Source: Squalus acanthias (lineage: Eukaryota). From it: 64,000 nucleotides of DNA. Under the pieces are notes generated by a model, which was not told the origin of the DNA, made no database searches, and worked only from the letters and a program-made list of their open reading frames with translations. The DNA lies in NCBI GenBank assembly GCA_030390025.1, contig CM059432.1:40674001-40738000 (forward strand), written 5' to 3'. Numbering within the stretch: the stretch's first letter is position 1; each line of letters begins with the position of its first letter. The position numbers were made by a program, and so were the translations under genes. Shown here one piece after another: positions 51,711 to 64,000 of the stretch.

Positions 51711-52475
51711 GCACCTTCTCATGCAACACCTACCCTTTTACCTCCTCCCTTCGCACCATTCAGGGCCCCAAACATTCCTTGCAGGTAAAACAGCGATCGA
51801 GTTACTTGTACTTCTTTCAATTTAGTATACTGTATTTAGGTAGACCAAATGCAGATTGGTTGATCGCTTTGTGGAACACCTCCGTTCAGTCCACAAGCGT
51901 GACCCTGAGCTTCCGATCGCCTGTCATTTTAATTCTTCCGCCCCACTCCCACTCTGACCTCGGCCTACTACACTGTTCCAATGAAGCTACACGCAAGCTC
52001 GAGGAGCAACGCCTCATCTTTCGATTTAGACACTTTACAGCCTTCCGGACTCAACATCGAGTTCAACAATTTCAGATCATAACCACTGCCCCCATTTTTT
52101 TCCAGACAGCAGCTGTAGGTAATCATTCTGCTACTCCCATTTACACCTCCTCGCGACCCTTCTTTTACTTCTTTACTTGTCCCATTACCATCCTCCTTTG
52201 CCTTTTACCATCATCCCTTTTGTCATTTAATCTCTCCTGCCTTCCACCCAATTATGGACCTTCCCTTTTGTTCTTTCCTCCCCTCCCCCTTTCCCTGCCT
52301 CTGTACTTACTTAAAACCTGTTACATCTCTAACTTTTTCCAGTTCTGATGAAAGGTCATCGACCTGATCTGGTCATCTGTTTCTCTCTCCACAGATGCTG
52401 CCTGACCTGCTGAGTATTTCCAGCGTTTTCTGTTTTTATTTTAGATTTCCAGCATCCGCAGTATTTTGCTTTTGT
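51711..52475 (+). mobile_element. Penelope-like element 3' part: GIY-YIG endonuclease remnant, 3' UTR and pLTR
   Basis: Frameshifted QVKQR..TSFNLVYCI..RLVDRFVEHLRSVHKRDPELPIACHFN..LGLLHCSNEATRKLEEQRLIFR..LQPSGLNIEFNNF; AGTT-CTGATGA-AAGGTCATCGACCT at 52341-52365 (GAAAC lost). Confidence 0.88.
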
Positions 52476-52481
52476 ATCTAT

Positions 52482-52725
52482 TTAGTCATGTTGGTTAAGG
52501 GATAAATATTGGCTCAGGCACTGGGAGAACTCCCCTGCTCTTCTTCGAACAGTGCCATTGGATCTTTTACGTCCACTTGAGGGCCTTGGTTTAATATCTC
52601 ATCTGAAAGACAGTGCCTCCAGTAGTGCAGCACTCCCTCAGCACTGCACTGAAGTATCAGCCTAAATTAGGTGCTCAAGTCCTGGAGTGGAGCTTGAACC
52701 TGCAACCTTCTGAATCAGAGGCGAA
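52482..52725 (-). mobile_element. SacSINE1/Deu-SINE-like 5' and central part; another degraded copy at about 50965-51180
   Basis: Reverse complement: gttcaagctccactccagg..cagtgctgagggagtgctgcact..tctttcagatgagatattaaacc..gccaatatttatccc. Confidence 0.78.
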
Positions 52726-53469
52726 AATACAATTGCATGCATCTATAATTGGGTGTATTTTGAAACAATCATATCTATTGACAAAACAGAGATTTCTGTA
52801 TTTTATCTCATACAGCACTGAAATAGCTAGAGTTAAAATCAAAGCAATCTTTCCTTATCAAATACTAAATGAAGCTTATAGACCAGGTTAAGTTCGTTGC
52901 ACTTGAAATTAATCAGGATACAGAGACTTTGTGCTGATTAAACTGTACATAGTCAAAGTATTAATAGTATGAGAGACAGAATGGTGTATGACTACCTGCT
53001 CATTAGCATGCTATGCAATATCCCCCACCTCTGTCATTAATCAAGGAAAACTGGCAGCTCTGATTTCAGAGGCTTTGAGAAGAATGCTCCCATAGGCTTT
53101 AGCTCTGGCTAAAGATTCGAACTCGGTGGATGAATTGAGTTTCACAATTGTGCAGGTACAATGTTGTATCTGGAAAGTCTACCAACTGACAAACATATTT
53201 CACCCAAAAGTCTATCAGGCCATGTAAAATATACATTCTAAAATGTGTATTTCAACCACTTATGGACTGATTTTAGCCTTATTGTTTTTAAATATTCCAA
53301 TATTACTTTCATACTGTGTCTTACTGCTTCTATCCTGTAAATAAATCTAGCAATTTTAGTCTGTACACAAAAGAGTTAGGAGTGTGCAGTGGGCATCACA
53401 TGTGATCTCCAACATTGCAAGTGAGGGTAAATACTATTCCTAAACACAATATCTCAGACATGGCAACGG

Positions 53470-53770
53470 TGAATTTCCATGGTGGTTGTCCTGCTCGCCG
53501 ACTGTAACTTTGATGGAAGAGCCACAGAAATCCCAGGGAAACAACATAATCGCTGGTTACACCTTTATTCCGGAGTTTCCGCAGCGTTTCCACCGAAGTT
53601 ATGGGGGACGAGCGAGAGTGCCTCTGCAGAATACAGCCCCCGTCATGTACAAGGGCACAGATTAAGGTTCATAGTAGAGTTAGTCTACTTACTGAACCAA
53701 TCTTTTTGCTCAGAGCAGAAGACAAAAAAGTCTTCAAGCGTAGTGCGACTTTAGCAGAGCGTGAATAACT
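53470..53770 (-). promoter_or_regulatory. Possible DPY19L4 promoter / exon 1 region
   Basis: Apparently non-repeat CpG cluster upstream of exon 2, with ETS-like GCGGAAAC and CCGGAAT on the minus strand; no convincing splice donor found. Confidence 0.3.
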
Positions 53771-53902
53771 CTTACATTGGGAGTTGTGACCAAGGGAGAG
53801 ATTTATCTGTGGTTTGTATGGGGCTAGTAAGAAATTAAATACAGATATATTTACTTATTAAACTGCAATGCACAAGAGAAACACTTATTTTATGTAACTA
53901 TA

Positions 53903-53994
53903 ATAAAAATACAAAATGCTGGAAATACTCAGCAGGTCAGGCAGCATCTGTGGAGAGAAACAGAGTTAATGTTTCAGGTTGATGACCTTTCGTC
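53903..53994 (-). mobile_element. Penelope-like pLTR fragment (family A) truncated at the hammerhead core
   Basis: Reverse complement TGACGAAAGGTCATCAACCTGAAACATTAACTCTG... Confidence 0.82.
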
Positions 53995-54039
53995 ATCAAT
54001 GTAAGTACATTGTTTACGTACACAAATCTTGGCATGTGG

Positions 54040-54345
54040 CAGGATAAGTCGGTAACCAGAGGACACAGATTTAGGTAATTAGCAAAAGAACCAGAGGGGA
54101 GATGAGGAGAATTTTTTTACGCAGCGAGTTGTTATGATCTGGAATGCAGTGCCTGAAAGGGTGGTAGAAGCAAATTCAATAGTAACTTTCAAAAGGAAAT
54201 TGGATAAATCCTTGACGGGGGGGCGGGGTGAGTTACAGGGTTATGGGGAAAGAGCAGTTGAGTGGGACTAACTCTTTCAAAGAGCCGGCACAGTCAGGAT
54301 GGGCCGAATGGACTCCTTCTGTGCTGTATAGTTCTATGTTTCTGT
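54040..54345 (+). mobile_element. CR1 3' fragment
   Basis: aaccagaggacacagattt..ttttacgcagcgagtt..tggaatgca..gggccgaatggactccttctgtgctgta. Confidence 0.82.
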
Positions 54346-54518
54346 GGGGACTCAGAGTAGGACAATCAAATATATTCCATTGGCACCAATGGCTCCAGGG
54401 TGGGTGGGGCAAATGAGCAATCAGAGGCTCAATAGTTAGAAGAGTGGACACTATCTTTTGCAATCCAGTCCTAGTGTCCCAAATGCTTAGTTGCTCCCAG
54501 GTGTGAGGGTAAGAGACA

Positions 54519-57500
54519 TTAGAACATAGAAACATAGAAAAATAGGAGTAGGCCATTCGGCTCTTCGAGGCTGCTCCTCCATTCAATATCATGGCTGATC
54601 CTCTATCTCAATACCATATTCCCACTCTCTCCCCATACCCCTTGATGCCTTTTGTGTCTAGAAATCTATCTATCTCCTTCGTGACTTGGCCTCCACAGCT
54701 GTCTGTAGTAGAGAATTCCACAGGTTCACCACCCTCTGAGTGAAGAAATTTCTCCTCATCTCAGTCCTAAATGTCCTACCCCGTATCCTGAGACTGTGAC
54801 CCCTCGTTCTAGACCCCCCAGCCAGGGGAAAGATCCTCCCTGCATCCAGTCTGTCTAGCCCTATCAGAATTTTATACGTTTCCATGAGATCCCCTCTCAT
54901 TCTTCTAAACTCTAGTGAATACAGGCCTAGTCGACCCAATCTCTCCTCATACGACAGTCCTGCCATCCCAGGAATCAGTCTGGTGAACCTTCGCTGCACT
55001 CCCTCTATGGCAAGTATATCCTTTCTTAGGTAAGGAGACCAAAACTGCACACAGTATTCCAGGTGTGGTCTCACCAAAGCCCTGTGTAACTGTAGTAAGA
55101 CATCCTTGCTCCTGTACTCAAATCCTCTTGCAATGAAGGCCAACATGCCATTTGCCATAAGAACATAAGAAATAGGAGCAGGAGTAGGCCCTTTGAGCCT
55201 GCTCCGCCATTCAATGAGATCATAGCTGATCTTCTGCCTCAACTCCATTCACCAGCCCTATCGCCATATCCCTTGATGCCCTTACTAGTCAAAAATCTAT
55301 CGACTTCTGTTTTGAATATACCCAATGACTGAGCATCCACAGCCCTCTGGGGTAGAGAATTCCAACGATTCACCACCCTCTGTGTGAAGAAATTTCTTCT
55401 CATCTCAGTCCTGAATGGCCTACTCTTTATCCTGAGGCTGTGGCCCCTGGTTCTAGACTCCCCAGCCAAGGGAAACATTCTCCCAGCATCCACCCGATCA
55501 AGCCCTGTAATAATTTTGTATGCTTCAATGAGATCCCCTCTCATTCTTCTGAATTCAAGAGAATACAGGCCTAGTTTGCTCAATCTCTTCTCATACGACA
55601 GTCCCGCGATCCCAGGAATCAATCTCGTGAACCTTCGTTGCACTCCCTCTATGGCAAGTATATCCTTCCTTAGGTAAGGAGATCAAAATTGTACACAGTA
55701 CTCCAGGTGTGGTCTCACCAAGGCCCTATATAATTGGAGTAAGACTTCTTTACTCCTGTACTCAAATCCTCTTGTAATGAAGGCCAGCATACCACTTGCC
55801 TTCCTAATGGCTTGCTGCACCTGCACATTCACTTTCAGTGACTCATGTACAGGTCCCTTTGAGCATCTGCATTCCCCAATCTTTCACCATTTAGGAAACA
55901 CTCTGCCTTTCTGTTTTTTCTACCAAAGTGGATAACTTCATATTTATCCACATTATAATCCATCTGTCATGTTCTCACCCACTCACTGAGCCTGTCGAGA
56001 TCCCCTTGAAGCCTCTTCACATCCTCTTCGCAACTGACACTGCCACCTAGCTTTGTGTCATCAGCAAATTTGGAAATGTTACATTTAGTCCCCTCATCCA
56101 AATCATTGATATAGATTGTGAATAGCTGGGGCCCAAGCACCGATCCTTAAGGTACCTCACTATTCACAGCCTGCCATCCTGAAAAAGACCCGTTTATCCC
56201 TACTCTTTGTTTTCTGTTGTTAACCAATTCTCAATCCATGCTAGTATATTACCCCCAATTCCATGTGCCCTAATTTTGTTCACCAACCTCTTGTGTGGGA
56301 CCTTATCGAAGGCCTTCTGAAAATCCAAATACACCACATTGTCTACTCCACTAGTTATATCCTCAAAGAACTCCAATAGGTTTGTCAAACAGGATTTCCC
56401 TTTCATAAATCCATGTTGATTCTGCCCAATCTTACGATTAGTTTCTAAGTGCCCAGTTATTGCATCCTTTATAATAGATTCCAGCATTTTCCCAACTACT
56501 GATGTGAGGCTAACAGGTCTGTAGTTCCCCGTTTTCTCTCTCCCTCCTTTCTTAAATAGCGAGGTTACATTTGCTATCCTCCAATCTGCAGGAACCATTC
56601 CAGAATCTACAGAATTTTGGAAGATGACAACCAATGCGTCCACTATCCCAATGGCCTCCTCTTTCAAAACCCTAGGATGTAGGTCATCCGGTCCTTGGGA
56701 TTTATCGACTTTTAGTCCCATTAATTTTGCTAGTACTGTTTTTTTACTAATAATAATTTCTTTAAGTTCCTCATTCTCGCCACACCCTTGGTTTTCTCCT
56801 ATTTCTGGGAGGTTTTTTGTGTCTTCCTCCGTGAAGACAGAAACAAAGTATTTATTTAATTTCTCTGCCATTTCCTCATTCCCCGTTATAAATTATCCCG
56901 TCTCTGACTGTAAAGGACCTACATTTACCTTTGCCAGTCTTTTCCTTTTCACATACCTATAGAAGCTTTTACAATCCGTTTTTATATTTTTCGTTAGTTT
57001 GTGCTCATATTCCATTTTCCCTTTCTTTATCAATTTCTTGGTCCCCCATTGCTGATTTCTAAAAAGATCCCAATCCTCAGGCTGACCGCTTTTTCTGGCA
57101 ACTTTATAAGCTTCCTCCTTTGACTTAATACTAGCTTTAATTTCTTTTGTTAGCCATGGTTGGTTAACTGCTTGCTGCACCTGCATGTTTGCTTTCAGTG
57201 ACTGGTGTACAAGGACACCCAGGTCCCTTTGTACATCAACATTTCCCAATCTATCACCATTTAAATAATACTCTGCCTTTCTGTTTTTCCTACCGAAGTG
57301 GATAACTTCACATTTATCCACGTTATACTGCATCTGCCATGTATTTGCCCACTCACACAACTTGTCTAAATCGCCTTGAAGCCTCTTTGCATCCTCCTCA
57401 CAACTCACAATCCCACCTAGTTTTGTGTCGTCAGCAAACTTGGAAATATTACATTTGGTTCCCTCATCCAAATCATTGATATATATTGTGACTAGCTGGG

Positions 57501-57760
57501 GCCCAAGCACTGATCCCTGCGGAACCCCACTAGTCACCGCCTGCCACCCCGAAAAAGACCCATTTATTCCTACTCTCCGTTTCCTGTCTGTTAACCAATT
57601 TTCAATCCATGCCAGTATATTACCCCCAATCCCATGTGCTTTAATTTTGCACACTAACATCTTATGTGGGACTTTATCAAAGGCCTTCTGAAAATCCAAA
57701 TACTGTACACCACATCCACTGGTTCTCCCTTATCTATTCTACCAGTTACATCCTCAAAAA
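54519..57760 (-). mobile_element. CR1 (outer: 57760-57165 and 55156-54519) interrupted by a second CR1
   Basis: Outer reading ..QVQQAV| resumes as |ANGMLAFIARG on the far side of the insert. Confidence 0.9.
55157..57164 (-). mobile_element. Inner CR1 LINE, 5'-truncated
   Basis: NQPWLTKEIK...; ORFs 56200..56871 and 55239..55643; own (TTATGTTC)n tail at 55157-55175. Confidence 0.92.
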
Positions 57761-57898
57761 TCTCCTGGAAAGGTTTATACAAGGAGTGAGAGAGCAACCA
57801 GTCATTGCGGTCCACGTGGGAGCCACCAATATAGGAAAGGAAATAGTTTTGTAAAAGTCGTTTAGCAGATTAAGAAGCAGGTTTAGGAGCAGGACTTC

Positions 57899-58940
57899 CT
57901 AGAATCATAGAATGGTTACAACACAAAAGGAGGCCATTCAGCCCATGCCAGCTCTCTGCAAGAGCACCTCAGCTAGTCCCAATCCCCCGCCCTTTCTCCG
58001 TAGATCTACAAAATCATTTCCTTCAGGTACTTATCCAATTCCCTTTGAAAGCCACAATTGAATCCGCCTCCACCACCCTTTCAGGCAGTGCATTCCAGAT
58101 CATAACCACTCGTTACATAAAAAGATTTTCCTCACGTCGCCTTTGGTTCTTTTGCCAATCACCTTGAATCTGTGTCCTCTGGTTTTTGACCCTTCCGCCA
58201 ATAGGAACAGTTGCTCTCTATCTAATCTGTCTAGACCCCTCATGATTTTGAATACCTCTATCAAATCACCTCTCAACCTTCTCTGCTCCAAGGAGAACAA
58301 CCCCAGCCTCTCCAGTCTATCCACATAACTGAAGTCCCTCATCCCTGGAATCATTCTCGTAAACAGTTATGCACCCTCTCCAAGGCCTTCACATCCTTCC
58401 TAAAGTGCGGTGCCCAGAATTGGACACAATACTCCAGTTGAGGCTGAACCAGTGTTTCATAAAGGTTCATCATAACTTCCTTGCTTTTGTACTCTATGCC
58501 TCTATTTATGAAGAGGTCGCACAACACTATTTATGAAGCCCAGGATCCTGTATGCTTTTTTAAATGCTTTCTCAACCTGCCCTGCCACCTTCAACGATTT
58601 GTGCACATATAGCCCTAGGTCTCTCCGTTCATGCACCCCCTTTAGGATTGTACAACTTTAGTTAATATTGCCTCTCCTCGTTCTTCCTACCAAAATGTAT
58701 CACTTTGCACTTTTCTGCATTAAATTTCATCTGCCACGTGTCCGCCCATTTCACCAGCCTGTCTATGTCTTCTTGAAGTCTATCACTATCCTCCTCACGG
58801 TTCACTATACTTCCAAGTTTTGTGTCATCTGCAGATTTTGAAATTGTGCCCTGTACACCCAAGTCCAAGTCATTAATATATATCTCAAGAAAAGCAGTGG
58901 TCCTCGAACTGACCCCTGGGGAACAACACTGTATACCTTC
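57899..58940 (-). mobile_element. CR1 LINE 3' fragment
   Basis: ORFs 58662..58958 and 58100..58354; (ATTCTATG) tail. Confidence 0.9.
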
Positions 58941-59979
58941 CTCCAGTCCGAAAAACAACTGTTCCTGGATGGTAATCTCTGGATTACTCCTCCATTCACG
59001 TACTAAATAGGGAAGGATAGAAAGATTAGCATCTGAAACTAATCTAGCATCTCTCTGCTGAGCTTGTTCTACTGGTTTTTCAGCTTTGTGGCTTCTGGCT
59101 AGCAGCTGCTGTGCTGTCTGGTGACTAGGTCTACTGGTTTTTCAGCGTTGCTGGTCGCTGGCTTGTGGCTTTACATTTTCTCTGCCACTTTTGATCAACG
59201 GTCCAACTTGCGTCAATTTCACCATCATCTTTCTGAACCGCTACCGATTCTTATTCCTACAGCAATAACCTCCATTCTCCAATTCTCTACCATTCAAATA
59301 GCTTCTGGATTTCACTCGCCTGCTTCAAGTGTCTCCGAATTTGGACAGCAGTTTGTCGATGCTCCATGCCGACACCATCCTACCTACATCAACTTTATCC
59401 CTCATGGGACCTCTGACTTTAATGCTGGTCTCCCTACTATTGTCTCCAACCTATTCCCCGCTACTACTAGGAAATATGTATCCCATTAATTACTACATAA
59501 TCAGGCCGATGCAACCTGAGCTTTTCACGGTGTCCATTTGCGTGCACACTCTGGCTGCCGCTCCAGACCTGAGCCGTTTACTTCCATTTCCACTTTTTTC
59601 TCCCCCCCCTTTTCTTTTTCTCTTTATCCCTCCCTGACCGCTCTCTCCTGTCGTCATGCCTCCTTTCATCTCTCCTCTCTCAAATACTCTGCCCTCCCAA
59701 ATCCCTACCTCAATCCTTCATTACTCTTCGACCTTCCTACTCTCCTGCCACCGTCCCATGCTGGACTCCCTCTTAGATAAGCCCACTGCTTCCCTCTGTG
59801 CCTCTCTTAGCATCCTCGGAAAGGCCCACCATGGCACTCGTCGCTGCCTCCTCACTAGCAGCAACCCCAACTGTCCCATTCTACTCTCTCGCCGACCTTA
59901 CCGCCCAACGCGGCCGTTAGGGCTAATCTTGCCAATCTCCTCCCCGTCCAACTCACCCCTCCCAGCGCTGACTCTATAG

Positions 59980-62900
59980 ACGCTGCAGTGGGTCAACCAT
60001 CACCGACCCTCTCCGCATCTCCCTCCAGAATGTCCATTCACTTGCGTACAAGGCCCTTACCATCCATGAGCTTATCGTGGATGATTGCATCGACATCATG
60101 GCCACTAACGGAAACTTGGCAGAGGGGTGATGACACCTTACCCTTAAATGAAGCCTCCTCACCTGACTATACCTTCCACCACTTGCCCCGCCCAGAATAC
60201 AGTTTTGGTGTCCATACTTAAGAAAAGACATACTTGCTCTCGAGGCAGTACAAAGAAGGTTCACTCGGTTAATTCCGGGGATGAGGGAGTGGACATACGA
60301 GGAGAGGTCGAGTAGATTGGGACTCTACTCATTGGAGTTCAGAAGAATGAGAGGCGATCTTATTGAAACATATAAGATTGTGAAGGGGCTTGATCGGGTG
60401 GACGCGGTGAGGATGTTCCCAATGATGGGTGAAACTAGAACTAGGGGACATAATCTTAGAATAAGGGGCTCCTCTTTCAAAACTGAGATGAGGAGAAACT
60501 TTTTCACTCAGAGGGTAGTGGGTCTGTGGAATTTGCTACCCCAGGAAGCTGTGGAAGCTACTTCATTAAATAAATTTAAAACAGAAATAGACCGTTTCCT
60601 AGAAGTAAAGGGAATCAGGGGTTACGGGGAGCGGGCTGGAAATTGGACATGAGTTTGAGTTCGGATCGGTCAAGGCCCTGTGGGTGGCGTAGCGGGCCCA
60701 GGGACTGAGTGGCCTGGTCCTTCTCCTGCTTCTTGTGTTCTTTAGAGTTGAGGTTGGATCAGATCAGCCATGATCTCATTGAATGGCGGAGCAGGCTCGA
60801 GGGCCGATTGGTCTACTCCTGCTCCTAGTTCTTATGTTCTTATGTTCTTAATGCCATGGTGGCAGTGTGGCTCTCATCACCAAATCACACCTTGGTCTCT
60901 CCCTCTACTCCTCCGGCACTTTCACCTCCTTTGAGCATCTCACCTTATTCCACCCCTCTCACCTCATTTAAAAATCTCGTTCTCTACCGCCCACCCAAGT
61001 ACCATAAAAATTTTATTACCGAGATATCTTCACTGCTTTCGTCCCTCAGCCTCTGCACCAAACGACTTCTCATCCTCGGTGATTTCAACCTCCATCTCAA
61101 TTCATCATGTTCTCTCTCCTCCGAGTTCACTCCCCTCCTATCCTCCCTTAATCTCTCCCTCTATATAAATTCCCCAACCCATATTCACGCCACCACCTCG
61201 ACCTTGCCATCTCTCGTGGCCTCACTACTCCCATCATGTCAATCGCAGATAAGGCCATATCTGACCACTTCCTCGTATCGCTCTCCACCCACATCCCCCT
61301 TCCGCCCCCCACCCCGCCCCCAACCCTACTTCCTTCTGTGTCCACCCCTGGAAAAAACGCTCTCCCAACTCTCTTACAATGGCACTTACGAAATCCCAAC
61401 TGTCCAGCCTTTGGCCCTCCATTCACCACGACATTTCTGCAGCTACTAATCAGCTCAACCACATCCTCACCACCACCTTTGATGCCCTAGTCCCTATTAA
61501 AACAATTACTCTCTCTCTCTCACCCTTGCTATTCCCCCTGGTACAGCCCTTATCTTCAAGGGCTTAAACGATATGGCAGACAACTGGTTTAGCCATTCAC
61601 TGCCAGATCTGGCTGGCCCACATAAAGCATTATCAGGTCCTGCTCTTGTCTGCCAAAACTGCTCACTATTCCAGAATCGTTCTGGAATGCAAATATAAAC
61701 CCTGGCTTCTATTCTCTACTGCTAACCATCTTCTTAAACCCCTCTCCCCTGTCTCCTCCACCCTCACCTCCAACAAGTGTGAGGAGCTCATGAACTTCTT
61801 TGTATCCAAGATTGAGACCATCCGTTCAGCTGCCTCTGCCACTTCCCTTCCTTCCTCTAGCCCACCGGGCCAAACTTCCTATAAAGTTCCCCCTGCCCTA
61901 GCCCTGAACTTGCATCTTTCTCCAGTTTCTCTCCAATCTCCCCTCCTGATCTCGCCGCGCTCATCTTGTCCATGAGACCTACTTCCTGCTCCTTCAACCC
62001 TATTCCCACCAAACTGCTGACCACCCAACTTCCTTTTCTGGCTCCCATGTTAGCTGACATTGTTAACGGTTCTATCTCCTCGGGTACTATCCCCCTCTCC
62101 CTCAAATCTGCCATCATCACCCCTCTCCTCAAAAAAATCCCTTGACCCCTCTGTCCTTGCAAACTACTGCCTCATCCCCAACCTCCCTTTCCTCTCCAAA
62201 GTCCTTGAACGTGTTGTCGCCTAGCAAACCCGTGCCCATCTTTCCCGCAACTCCATGTTTGAATCCCTCCAATCAGGTTTCCGCCCTTGCCACATTACCG
62301 AAACAGCTCTCATCAAAGTCACAAATGACATCCTTTGTGACTGTGACAAAGGTAAACTATCCCTGCTTGTCCTTGTCGACTTGTCTGCAGCCTTTGACAC
62401 AGTTGACCACTTCATCCTCCTCCAACACCTCTCCACCGTCATCCAGCTGGATGGGGCTGCACTCGCCTGGTTCCATTCTTATATATCTAATCGTAGCCAG
62501 AGAATCACCTGCAACAGCTTCTCTTCCCGCTCCCGCATCATTACCTCTGGTGTCCCCCCCAAGGATCTATCCTTGGCCCCCCTCCGATTTCTCATCTACA
62601 TGCTGCCCGTTGGCGACATCATCCGAAAACACAACGTTAGTTTCCACATGTACGCTGACAACACCCAGCTCTACCCCAACACCACTTCTCGTGACCCTTC
62701 CACGGTCTCTAAATTGTCAGACTGCTTGTCCGACATCCAGTTCTGGATGAGCAGAAATTTTCTCCAATTAAAGATTGGAAAGATCAAAGCCATTGTTTTC
62801 GGTCCCCACCACAAACTCCGTTCCCTACCCACTGACTCCATCCCTCTCCCTAACATCTGTCTGAGGCTGAACCACACTGTTCGCAACCTTGGTGTTATAT

Positions 62901-63591
62901 TTGACCCTGAAAATGAGCTTCCGACCACATATCCGTGGCATAACCAAGATTGCCTATTTCCACCAATGTAACATTGCCCGACTTCGCCCTTGCCTCAGCC
63001 CATCCGTTGCTGAAACCCTCATCCATGCCTTTGTTACCTCTAGACTTGACTATTCCAATGCACTCCTCGCTGGCCTCCCACATTCTACCCTACGTAAACT
63101 TGAGGTCATCCAAAAATCGGCTGCCCGTGTCCTAACTCGCACCCATCACCCCTGTGCTCACTGACCTACATTGGCTCCAGGTTACGCAACGCCTCTATTC
63201 CAAATTTCTCATCCTTGTTTTCAAATCCCTCCATGGCCTTGCACCTCCCTATCTCTGTAATCTCCTCCAGCCCCACAACTCCAGAGATATCTGCGCTCCT
63301 CTAATTCTGCCCTCTTGAGCATCCCTGATGATAATCGCTCAATCATTGGTGGCCGTGCCTTCTGTTGCCTAGGCCCTAAGCTCTGCAATTTCCTCCCTAA
63401 ACCTCTCCACCTCGCTATCCTCCTTTAAGACGCTCCTTAAAACCTACCTCTTTGACCAAGCTTTTGGTCATCTGCCCTAATTTCTCCTTATGTGGCTCGG
63501 TGTCAAATTTGTCTTATAACACTCCTGTGAAGCACCTTGGGACATTTTACTACGTTAAAGGCGCTATATAAAATACAAGTTCTTGTTGTTG
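59980..63591 (+). mobile_element. Near full-length L2 LINE ORF2 (APE + RT), decayed; 5' UTR may extend to about 59050
   Basis: ISLQNVHSL, VLYRPPK, LILGDFNLH, QSGFRPCHITETAL, VDLSAAFDTVDH, YADNTQLY, TSRLDYSNALLAGLP; tail gcgctatataaaatacaagttcttgttgttg. Confidence 0.93.
60197..60850 (+). mobile_element. Young CR1 3' fragment inserted in the L2 endonuclease region
   Basis: ORF 60281..60652; L2 sequence ccccgcccagaat|gccatggtggc is split by the insertion. Confidence 0.93.
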
Positions 63592-64000
63592 CAAATGGGA
63601 AGCAGCTCAGCCCCAGTGACAGATTACTAAGGCCGGAGCCCGCTGCAGGCTACTGCGTGTCCCCTTGATTCCAACTCTTATTATAGGAGAGCTGCAAATT
63701 CTCCACTCAGGTTCCCATGCAATTGCACGAGAATTCCAATAGTGAGCGAGGCTAGCTAGCTAACAGTCAACTGTGCCCTGGAGTACTGCAACCTGCCTCG
63801 CTCAATGATTGTATGGCCAAGTCTATCGCAGAAGGCAAGTTTGGTTCCAAACATCTATTGCCAAGCAAGATATCTTGGAGCCACCTCAACCCTGGAGATA
63901 CCCTGCCTACTCCCTCCCCTCCCCCTCACCCCAAGGAATCACTAATTGTACATTGCACATTACACAACTGACAAGTGCATGTTAAAGCTCTTGCTAGGAG

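Noticed and set aside
51234..51825. Overlapping repetitive ORFs
   Set aside because: Produced by the stop-free minisatellite.
52341..52380. Active hammerhead in the long Penelope copy
   Set aside because: CTGATGA and stem II are present but GAAAC-GTT is replaced by GATCTGGTC.

Overview
Vertebrate genomic DNA, most likely from a shark or other cartilaginous fish, judging by its repeats (HE1/V-SINE-like, SacSINE1/Deu-SINE-like, abundant CR1, L2 and Penelope-like elements). One host gene is present: DPY19L4 (DPY19 C-mannosyltransferase family) on the minus strand. I traced 11 consecutive coding exons from 44835 down to 2486. All have AG/GT boundaries with matching phases (1457 nt, 485 codons + 2 nt). 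The gene continues past the left edge of the window, and its first exon was not located. Nearly all long ORFs in the track are retroposon fragments. The most striking non-coding structures are two perfect fold-back palindromes in DPY19L4 introns (98-bp arms at 35695-35891; 82-bp arms at 40408-40581). They come from two sequence-unrelated families (one shown in this window to be Penelope-like, the other inferred) and each carries a minimal hammerhead-ribozyme motif. The helices of the two motifs differ in sequence but pair the same way, and both fold back immediately 5' of the ribozyme core. There are also several nested insertions, CpG-rich MITE-like elements and two minisatellites. Family names come from my recall of these families; no database search was run.
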